A program made the translations under genes and the position numbers. The notes beneath the pieces are model-generated. The model saw only the letters and a program-made list of their open reading frames with translations. It was not told the origin of the DNA and did no database searches. A stretch of 62,488 bases of DNA, the filler included, from Pirum gemmata (Eukaryota): the NCBI GenBank assembly GCA_002812295.1. It is 13 parts of 13 records of this genome, joined end to end, with 100 filler letters (N's around TTAATTAATTAA, not from the genome) between each part and the next. Parts side by side here need not be neighbours in the genome. Positions count along the whole stretch, not along the records: positions 1 to 4,719 come from PDIN01000945.1; positions 4,820 to 9,521 come from PDIN01000946.1; positions 9,622 to 14,306 come from PDIN01000947.1; 10 more parts are not named here. One strand, 5' to 3'. Of this stretch, positions 1 through 9,922 are shown piece by piece (positions within the stretch are counted from its first letter, which is position 1; each line of letters begins with the position of its first letter).

Positions 1-541
1 TAATTTTAGTCTGAAAATATTAGCCAATGAAATTAATTAAAATCGCTCAGAATACATGAAATTTTGGAATATTTCGATATCAATTTAAAAGGACTTAGAC
101 TACATAATGACTTTTAAAACATCGTGTAATAATTATTAAAAGACAAAAGTTTAGGGCAAGCCAAGCGCTTTTAGTACATGTAATTTTCGTGCCCATAGCT
201 TGAGTATGAGAACTGATACTTCTAAAGTTATCGGTCGAGCAAGACAAAACCACCCGTTTTTTACAACTTGACTCTAGTAGGTCTAGCTAGGCCCTTCTAA
301 GCCTGAATATTATCTGCTACAGACTCCAGACATGATGATTGGTGATAGTGATACATCATACATACATCGCTTCATTTAGAATGCCTATTGTCAGTCTATT
401 GTCTAGCTACTAGTATGTCTAGGTTAGTATGTGCTATCCGATAGTAGCCGCGCTGATCTAGCCGCGCCCCGCAGGGAATGTTAGAACCAATGGTTTTTAA
501 TAGGCGGAAGAACTCATTGTAGATTCAAGGTATGGGACAAG

Positions 542-583
<42 letters not shown>

Positions 584-1838
584 ATAAAAGGCTTTTCCCA
601 TATAAAGTAATTATGAAATATAAATACTATATAAATACATTTTTAGTACATTTTTCCAATTTTTTCCACTTTTTTTTTTAAAAAAAAAATTCCACACCAA
701 TGGAAACACAAAATAATCAAAGCTATAATCAAAGTATACAATAATCAAAATATACATAACTTACATAAGTAACACAACATCAGTGATGAATCTGATGATC
801 AGTACTCACAGTTCCTAGCTACTAGTAGCTAGCTAGCTAGCTCGCAGTACTTTATCACCAGCTGTTTATCACTACTAACCAAGTCTCACAGTATGATACA
901 ACCAAGTCCCTGAGCCAAGTCTTTGAAGTCTAACAGCTCAGATAGCTCAGCAACAACGAATCAACGACTCAATAACATTGACAGCCACTAACTAACGGCC
1001 ACTAAACGGTGACTAAAGCTACTAGAGTTTAGAATCTTACTACTATCATAGACTTTTTTTAAAATTACTTTTTAAAATTTTTTTTTTTTAAAAAAAAGAA
1101 TATCATAGTGTCTTACTAATTTTAATAATTAGGGTAGACTAACACTGGTAACAGGTGGTATTAATAACAGTACTTCACTTTATCATAGTTCAATGACACA
1201 GTGCTATGACATATCAATAGACTATGACTAGCTAGTCTATGATAGCGTAACAGTATGATACTTCACTCTAGCTACTAGCTAGTAGCTAGCTAGCTAGCTT
1301 CAACACATCCAGTTGTACCAATGGGTTGTACAGTGTACACATGCTAGCTAGATAGTAAACATCTGTTTACGCAACAATGGGCCAATGCCTGCCAACACTA
1401 CTTCAACACAGCCTTCAACAACTCTACATCATCTACATGTACTACTGAGTCTATGTAATAATAATAATAATAATAATAAAAATAAAAAAAAAAATAGAAA
1501 ATAAATAAATAAAATAAAATCATACATGATAGAAGAGCATAACAAAGTATGATAATGTTGAAAAAAGAAAAGAAAAGAAAAGAAAAGAAAAAACACTATA
1601 AATATCGTAGAAAAATAACGTAAATAAAAAAATACAATAATATAACAAATAACATAATAACAAGAAATAATAATAATAAAAATAACAATAAAAATATATA
1701 ATATTAAAAAGTAATAAAATAGACTAAAATAGACTAAAATAGCATAACACTTAAAAAACAATTTACTCTTTAAAAAAAAAACTTAAAACAACACAAACTA
1801 ACAAAAATATCCCATATAATAATAATATATATATATAA

Positions 1839-2885
1839 ATGTTTTTTTCAAAAACACAAACGGGTTTCGGTACTAGGAGCACCGCTGAACAAGTCACAAT
1901 GAATATGGATTTAACTGGGAAAACATATCTTATTACTGGTATGAATTCGGGTTTAGGGTTAGAGACTGCACGAGTGTTAGCTATGCGGGGAGGTAATATT
2001 ATCGGTCTTGCGCGCACAAAAACCAAGGCCGAGGATGCCATGAAAAACTTTAAAGGGAACGGGGCAAAACTTGCTGTAGAATGCGAATTATCAAATCCAG
2101 ATTCTATTCGTCAAGCTATTAAGACTGTAACTGGTCTTCGCGAGGAAGTTGGTGAAGTGGATGTTATAGTTGCTAATGCCGGAATAGGTATGGTTCCAAA
2201 GTTAGAATTGATTCATGGCTACGAAAAACAATTTTTTACTAATCATATAGGTCATTTTATGCTAGTAACCGGTTTAATCACTCAAAATGATAAACCTAGT
2301 ACTGCTGATGCAGGTGCTAATATCGGTAATCGCAATCTCTATAGTTACTCCGCTACAAGGGAAAATGTTTTCGCATGTGATGGTAGAGTGGTTATGGTTT
2401 CCAGTGTAGCTCATGATATATTTAGTTCGAAAGATGGCTATTCTTTTGAAGAACAGAATTTAAAAGGTCATTCGAATAACGATTCTTACAATGCTGAATG
2501 GTATTATGGGCAGTCTAAAATGGCAAATTTATTGTTTGCCAAATCATTAGCGCAACGCTTTAAAGAGGCAGGATCCTCACGCACTGCTATATCTTTGGAT
2601 CCGGGTACAGTTTATACCAATATTACTCGTGATATGTCCACGTGGGATTTAATTAAGTTTTCTTTTAAGAATTTTACATCAAGTTTTGGCATTGTTGCTA
2701 AAGTGAAAACTGTAGGGGGAGGGGCAGCTACTCAAACATACGTAGCGACTGGAGATTTACTCGGTCATAATGGCAACTATTGGAAAGATTGTAACCCTTC
2801 TCTGGAAAAAAAGAAAGGCACAGATATGGCCACTGCTGAAAATTTGTGGAACGTCTCAGAAAACATTTTATTCAATTTAGAATAA
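1839..2885 (+). CDS. Short-chain dehydrogenase/reductase, retinol-dehydrogenase/WWOX-like classical SDR, intronless
   Basis: 348-aa ORF with TGMNSGLG (TGxxxGxG), NAG, SSVAH, catalytic YGQSK (YxxxK) and an N-terminal GFGTRSTAEQVT extension typical of this subfamily. Confidence 0.93.
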   Translation: MFFSKTQTGFGTRSTAEQVTMNMDLTGKTYLITGMNSGLGLETARVLAMRGGNIIGLARTKTKAEDAMKNFKGNGAKLAVECELSNPDSIRQAIKTVTGLREEVGEVDVIVANAGIGMVPKLELIHGYEKQFFTNHIGHFMLVTGLITQNDKPSTADAGANIGNRNLYSYSATRENVFACDGRVVMVSSVAHDIFSSKDGYSFEEQNLKGHSNNDSYNAEWYYGQSKMANLLFAKSLAQRFKEAGSSRTAISLDPGTVYTNITRDMSTWDLIKFSFKNFTSSFGIVAKVKTVGGGAATQTYVATGDLLGHNGNYWKDCNPSLEKKKGTDMATAENLWNVSENILFNLE

Positions 2886-4544
2886 TATTTTATATATAAT
2901 TATATTATCAACATTATATAACCATGGTTTTTATATAATACAATTTATAATATAATATAACAAATAATAAAAGTCAATATGTGAATAATAACGACAATAT
3001 AATAATAGCAACAATGATAATATAGTAATAATTTATAATAAAACTAAAATTATATAATAATTATTACTTAATTAATTAAAAGTACTTAATTAATTAACTA
3101 AATATCAATAATAGTAATAATAATTAATATATATTACAAACAAAAAACAAACCTAATTTTTATTTTTCTATATGGAATAGCAAAAGCTACAAATCCCAAA
3201 CAATAAGCAAAACTTTATTAATAACAACGTTAACCATAAACGAAAAATAACAATTTAAAATATTTTAATACAACTCTTTTTAATTTATATAAAAGTTGAT
3301 CATGAGTATAAAATTAGAAATTATTGATCATGAGTATTAAATTATAAATAATTATTATTTTAATTAGCATTATTCATTGTATTAATATTGATGCTGACAC
3401 TGACACATGTTGATACATGTTAAGTAGTTAGTATATTATAGAGCTATTATAGTATATAGTTTACTATTTTAATATAGTTTTATGATTTATATATATAATA
3501 TTATGTTTTATTTTATAATATTTGAAGTCTAGCTAATTGGCAAAATTTAATAATAATAAGTTTTATTATTTTCTTTATTTTTTATTATTATTTTTTATAT
3601 TTTTTTATTATTCCCATTTTTTATAAGAAAAGATATATAAACTGGGAAAAAAGTATGAATTTTTATATTTTTGAAAATTGTTATTTTACTTATTTTTAAA
3701 ATAAAAACGCGTAATAAGTTGCATAGTTTTCTTTTTAATCCATATTATGTAACAACACAAAACAGTCTTAAATTAGAGCCCATTTTATGTTTTTCGTGTA
3801 TTTTTATTTTTTATAATTTAGAAAGCTTAATTAAGGTGTATATATATGTATTGAAAGGCATGAGAGTTAATAGTGAGTTAATGTTGTTTGTAAAAGTCAG
3901 AGCGAGCCGAGCCGCTGTGTTTAACTTCTTTCCACCTTCCATTGTCACAAGAAATTTCTTTTTCGAAGATTGCTTTAGATAGATCGAGGCGTGTTGAACA
4001 CAACGAACCACACCGCGCAACATATTTATATCTAGGCATTTACATGGTGTTTCTAGTACTTTCTACTGGTGCATTCTCCCTGCATTTTATCAAACAGGCC
4101 AAAGTCCAAATTTAGAGAAAGAACATTATTATACTCGAGTAACTATCATAGCTTATTATTTTTTATTTTGTAAATATCATAATAAATCGATTAATGAAAA
4201 CATTATGATAATAATTATAACTTTGTAGTACTAGTACACTACTAGTACCAATTATTATTATTAGTTAGAGGATATGGCTATGTTGTTGTCGTTGTCACTG
4301 TACTTGTTGCCTTAATGTTTATTACCATAATGCATAATATGCATATTATTATATTCGATATAAATACTTAAATTCATGTTATAAATTATAATAGTTACTG
4401 TTCATGTTTTTGTTTTGCTTTCTTTCTTTCTTTCTTTGTTCTTTTTTTAAAATTAAAAAAAATTATAAACAAATTCTTCATAATCAATTGTATCATTGTT
4501 TCTGTACTGTTTCTGTTGATTTTGATGGTGCTATTATTAGGATG

Positions 4545-4719
4545 GTTTGGGTTTGGGTGTGGTTTGGGTTTGGGTGTGGGTTTGGGTTTGGGTGTGGGTT
4601 TGGGACTGTTTGGGTTTGGGTTTGGGTTTGGGTTTGAGTGTGGGTTTTGGGTTTGGGGTTGGGGTTGGGGTTGGGGTTGGGTTTGGGTGTTTGGGTTTGG
4701 GTTTGGGGTTTGGGGTTTG
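4545..4719. repeat. Degenerate (GGGTTT/GGGGTT)n G-rich tandem repeat at contig end
   Basis: Directly visible hexamer array. Confidence 0.9.
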
Positions 4720-4819
4720 NNNNNNNNNNNNNNNNNNNNNNNNNNNNNNNNNNNNNNNNNNNNTTAATTAATTAANNNNNNNNNNNNNNNNNNNNNNNNN
4801 NNNNNNNNNNNNNNNNNNN
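4720..4819. other. Artificial contig linker. Same linker at 9522-9621, 14307-14406, 19124-19223, 23923-24022, 28891-28990, 33722-33821, 38533-38632, 43285-43384, 48095-48194, 52893-52992, 57702-57801
   Basis: Identical N-TTAATTAATTAA-N spacer (stops in all six frames) every ~4.8 kb. Confidence 0.97.
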
Positions 4820-4849
4820 ATGATAATAATAATAATAATAGTTTTAAGA

Positions 4850-5907
4850 AAAAATTAAAATACAATATAAAAAACACAGTTTTGACTGGGTTAAAATATT
4901 TATAGAATCACTACAAGAAAAACCTTTAAATTTTTTAAAAAGAAAAGTAAAAACAAATTTAAATAACGTAATAACTCAAAAATGAATCAGTTGATATAAA
5001 CTTACCGTATCATTTTGGACAAGTTATTATAATAACTTCCCAATTAGCAGCAAAGAATATAAAAGTACACCACCAATTTGGTTAAAAGAGACGGTAGAAA
5101 AAATCCCTCGGGATGTAAAAAGTAATAGCAATGGCATTAATGAAAAAGTAATGACGATAATTAAATTTATGAAAGATAATATAATAGTTGAAAAAGAATT
5201 TGATAGTAATGGTGAATCAACTCTTAGAGCACACACATGTACAAAATTAATAGAATATCAACAGCAAGTGATAAAAAGACCGACGACGAGTAACGGAATA
5301 CTATATATATAAAAAAATTATCCACTTCAACAATGAATTTAATGAAAACTACCTATCAGAAGATATCAAAAATGCTTACAAAATGCTGAAACATAATGAA
5401 CAAAGCAATACTAAAATAATGCAAATGTGGGAAGTTCATGACGAAAAAGAATGGAAAAAACTTATGAATGAAAGAAGGAAAATATTAAATATATACAAGA
5501 ATATAGTTTAAAAATATTAATGCAAGCAATAGAGCTAACCTTTATCCCTTATAATTATTGTAGGAAAGAATTTAATAATAACCAAAAAAAAGAAAAAATT
5601 GAATGCAGAAATTTCAAAGAAATCTGGGTAATCTGTGCAAGACAACTAAACTTAAAGAAAATTGCAACAAACATGAATACCACATGTTTTGGCAATAAGG
5701 AACTAAAATTAACTAGTTAAATATACAAAATTACATTATGTGATATGTGTAAAAAATATAGTTATATCAATGAAGATGTCATAGATGAAATTTGTGAATC
5801 ATATACCAATAATCAAGTACTATAATTAATTTATGCAATAATAATATCAAAGGTTGAACATTGAGGATTTTTCGATTTCTTAATTTGTAATTAACAAATC
5901 GTTCTTG

Positions 5908-5966
<59 letters not shown>
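4850..5966 (+). mobile_element. Decayed 3' end of a putative non-LTR retrotransposon (ORF2 C-terminus remnant plus poly(A) tail), copy A
   Basis: Frameshifted peptides (NLPYHF..YYNNFPISSKEYKSTPPIWLKET; MWEVHDEKEWKKLM; QAIELTFIP) are homologous to the minus-strand copy at 6560-7245; ends in a ~60-nt A run at about 5908-5966. Confidence 0.62.
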
Positions 5967-6036
5967 NATAACGAGTTAAACTTTTTTTTACCTTATACAT
6001 ATCATAATGATTAACAGCAATAAAATAATAAAGAAT

Positions 6037-6042
6037 AAAAAA
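6037..6042 (-). terminator. Pol III oligo-T terminator of tRNA-Asn
   Basis: T6 run about 6 nt downstream of the discriminator on the minus strand. Confidence 0.7.
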
Positions 6043-6048
6043 GTTAAC

Positions 6049-6121
6049 CTCCCAGTATTGGGCTCGAACCAATGACATCTTGATTAACAGTCAAGCGCTC
6101 TGCCGACTGAGCTAACCGGGA
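6049..6121 (-). tRNA. tRNA-Asn (GTT), 73 nt, intronless
   Basis: TCCCGGTTAGCTCAGTCGGCAGAGCGCTTGACTGTTAATCAAGATGTCATTGGTTCGAGCCCAATACTGGGAG folds to a cloverleaf: acceptor TCCCGGT/ACTGGGA, anticodon stem CTTGA/TCAAG, GGTTCGAGCC B-box, G73. Confidence 0.96.
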
Positions 6122-6168
6122 TTTTCTCTATAGAGAAAAAACCAAACATTATAATGGTAAATAACAAT

Positions 6169-6188
6169 ATGACGTCACGTGACGTCAT
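6169..6188. promoter_or_regulatory. Perfect 20-bp palindrome with two CRE/ATF sites flanking an E-box (ATGACGTCACGTGACGTCAT) upstream of the tRNA
   Basis: Exact TGACGTCA x2 overlapping CACGTG at -48 to -67 from the tRNA 5' end; function is inferred. Confidence 0.45.
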
Positions 6189-6406
6189 TTGGTCAGAATA
6201 TGAAGTAGCTACATATCACTAAAAAAAATAAAAAAAATCACAATCCCCGCTCCCAAATCTGATTTGCCAATCCTTCTTCTCTGGAAAAGTCCAGCAAAAA
6301 ACCAGTTTATTGACCCAGATCTGTTTTTTTTGAGCCCAGATGTGATGTGAATGTTAAAAAAAAAAAAAAAATGTTTTTGAATAAAAAAAAAAAAAAAAAA
6401 AAAATG

Positions 6407-6440
<34 letters not shown>

Positions 6441-6559
6441 GTCATTTTCGTTGAGATGTCAACAAAAAATGACGTCACTCAAAACAAAGAAATAATGACT
6501 TATGACGTAATTGACAACCCTAAGTCTAATGAAAATGATTAATCATTAGATTCTCACTT

Positions 6560-7245
6560 TTTTTTTTTTATGATATGTATCATATCATTAAAAAAAAAAA
6601 AACCTCGGATTCGATTTTTTTGATAAAAAAATCATAAAAAGTTTACATATTCTTTTTACACTGATTTAAAAATTCTTATAGCCTTTTTGGCAATGTTGAA
6701 ATTATTTCTCTTCTTTTTCTCCTCTTTTGAAAGTTTTGCCACAACTACATGGAACAAAAAACAGGTTCTATGGATCTGTGTAAAATTTTAAAACTAAATT
6801 CTCTTATTTATTGTTTCAGATGGTCTATATTATCTTTTCTTTTTTGTATCATATTCTTCCATTGTTGTGCATCTTGTACATCCCAGGATTCCATTATTCT
6901 ATTTTCATTTGCAGTATTTAAATAAGTTAATTTAATATTTTCTGATAAGAAAAATCTATCAAATCTATAATGAAAATAAGTATAATTTTCCAATTTGGTT
7001 AATTTCTTATTATTGTAATATAAAATTTCATGATTATCCTTGTTATTAAAAGACCATTTAACTGTATGGAAGAAATATACTAATTCTATTATTTTTATTT
7101 GATTGGGAAACTGACTATTACTTCTTTTAACCAATCTGGGGGGGGGTTACCTTTATAATCTTTTTCAAAATTTGGTAATTTTTCATAATAAGTCCAATAA
7201 TTGTACGGCAAATCCATGTTTTCATATTCTATATATTAATTGCTA
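6560..7245 (-). mobile_element. Decayed 3' segment of the same putative LINE family, copy B
   Basis: DLPYNYWTYYEKLPNFEKDYKGNPP.DWLKEV and IMESWDVQDAQQWKNMIQKRK align colinearly with copy A; the 3' boundary is approximate. Confidence 0.62.
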
Positions 7246-7249
7246 ATTG

Positions 7250-8858
7250 CATTCACGATATATCAGATAATAATATAAAATTAAAAAGGTCACATTCTCT
7301 AATCGATTTAAATATCGTTAACAAAAATAACTTATTTTTTAACAATCTATTAGAAAAAACATTAAGAGTAAAAATTGATAGTAATATTAATAACAATAAC
7401 TTTGAAAAAAAGGATTAACCAAAATACAATACGGTGACCAAAGGTAACACTGAAAAAACAAAATTAGTAAAAAAGTACAAGAAATTAAAATTGACACTAA
7501 ATGCACTTCATCACCAAGTGCAAATAAAATAATCCTAAACGGTGTAAATGATCAAACTACCCGTATAAGCTTAATCAATGCAATTAATAACATTGTAAAT
7601 AAAAAATAATAAAGAAGCAAAAACAAAAATCGATATAACCGATTCAATTATAATCAAAGATAATATTAAAAAAAAAAAAATTAGAAAAGACTGTAAATTG
7701 AAAGTAACCGTAAGCTTTCAAAATAAAGATCATTTCGACAAATTTTATGAAAATGCTAATTATAATATTTTAATTAATAATAACACAGTAGAATATAACT
7801 GCACATGTAAAACAATGAGAGCAGTAATGGAAAAATTACAAAAAGAAAAAGAAATATTTACTATATTGCTACACGACTACACCGATACAAATTATTGGGA
7901 AATAGCAGAGGCTTTCAAAGAACTAGGTCTCAAGGTAAATAAAATGTTTAGACATTACTTAGAAATAACAGAAAACAATACTAAAATAACAACTTTAAAT
8001 AAAACTACCAATATGGAATTTAACATAAAAGAAAACTACCAAGATAGTTTAAAAAAGTTAAACAATTTAAATGGTAAAATCGAAGTAACCATTAATCAAG
8101 AAACAAAAACTTTTAATTTTAGTACTGCAAGCAGTAAAATTAAATGTAATAAGTGTAAAAAACTTCATAAACTACTTTATTTCTGTAATTTGAATAATAA
8201 TTACAATAACTATAATTATAACACTGATTAATATTATAATCATTATAATGATGACATTTATAATCGAAATTATAATTATGAATATTATAAGGATATAATG
8301 ATCATGATTATAGTGAAAAAAGTTATAATTCGAAAAATAATGTGTCTTTCTTAAATGAAGACATGGTGGGGCAATTCCGAATGGATGCATACCCCAAAAG
8401 GAAAAAAAAATGATTTTCCTTTTTTTCTAACAAAACAAATGAAAAAAACCTTAATAACAAACAAAGTGTCACACATAAAGAAAATGAAATTGTAATTAAT
8501 ATTATTAATATAAATGAAAACAACAATATCGAAAATAATATTAACAATATTAATAATAATAATAATAATGTAGAAGCCATAGATGTAATAGATAATACTA
8601 ATGATATTATAAAAAATAATTCAATTAAAGATGATGATAAAAACAATGAAAATAAAAATAAAGAAGTAAATAAAATAACTACTAATGATGATAAATTTAA
8701 TATAGCAGAAGATGCTGTAAAAAAAAATTGTAATACTGAATTAAAAAAAAAGAAAAGAGAAAAAGAAAATGGGAAAATTTTAGAAACAAGAACAAGAAAT
8801 AAATACCATTAAAAATAATAATAATATTAATATTAATAATATTAATATTAATAATACC

Positions 8859-8899
<41 letters not shown>

Positions 8900-9521
8900 T
8901 AAAAACAATATTAAATTTTTAAATATGGAAGATTAATATAGAATAACAACATTTAATATGAAAAAAATTACAGTAATATTAACAGTGATACGATTTATAA
9001 TTCTGATGATATTGATACAAAATTAGTTAAACATATAATAAAGAAAAACTAATAACGTATGAAAAAAACCCTACAACAAAATCTAGACTAGACTATATAT
9101 TAATCTCAAACTTTAATTGTAAATATATTAATGAATGTAGTATAGATTATAATATACGATTAAATAGATTTAGTATTCTTCCACCCACATGTCAAAACAT
9201 ATACTAATAATAATACAAGTATTTGGTAAAGAAGTTTCAGGAAATATAATTAATTTAAATAAATTATCAATAACACATTATCATAAAAATCATAACGATA
9301 TGGAAAATGAAAAACATTCTAAATGTGAGACTTTTAAATATTTAGGTATTCATATTGGGGAACATGATCTGGGTACTGAAAAAAATGAAAAAAAATTCAA
9401 AGAAAAAATCAAAGCGGCAATAAAAAAAATGAAAACTGCAAAGTCAATCAGTGATTTTGAACGAATAGAAGCAACAACTTTGCTAGTAGATGCAAAGGTA
9501 ATTTTTTATTTATCCAATTCT
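7250..9521 (+). mobile_element. Decayed APE-type (L1/Tx1-like) non-LTR retrotransposon: ORF1 remnant plus internally deleted ORF2 (APE and RT fragments)
   Basis: ORF1-like 7698-8231 with CNKCKKLH; ORF2 start-like YRITTFNM (~8938); APE motif KSRLDYILIS (9079-9108); RT motifs SGNIINLNK, FKYLGIHIG and thumb SISDFERIE (9189-9521). Confidence 0.8.
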
Positions 9522-9621
9522 NNNNNNNNNNNNNNNNNNNNNNNNNNNNNNNNNNNNNNNNNNNNTTAATTAATTAANNNNNNNNNNNNNNNNNNNNNNN
9601 NNNNNNNNNNNNNNNNNNNNN

Positions 9622-9678
9622 ATAACAATAACAATAACAATAACAATAACAAAAACAGTAACAAGTAACATTAACATT

Positions 9679-9722
<44 letters not shown>

Positions 9723-9770
9723 GAACAAGAACATAGCAAGGGCAACAAAAGAACAAGAACAACAAGAATT

Positions 9771-9814
<44 letters not shown>

Positions 9815-9880
9815 TTCAATAGCAATAAAAATAGCAATAATAACATTAATAACAATAGCAATAGCAATAGCAATAACAAT
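9622..9880. repeat. (ACA)n/(ATAACA)n/(ATAGCA)n microsatellite
   Basis: Visible simple repeats. Confidence 0.9.
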
Positions 9881-9922
9881 AATAAAATGAAACTTCCTCA
9901 AAAATAGGAGAAATATTAAATA

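Noticed and set aside
1429..1761. Hydrophobic F/I/Y-rich ORF as a membrane protein (also 38231-38458, 55334-55713)
   Set aside because: Product of A/T-rich low-complexity DNA
4764..4775. Regularly spaced TTAATTAATTAA motif as a biological repeat
   Set aside because: Always embedded in fixed-length N runs; an assembly spacer
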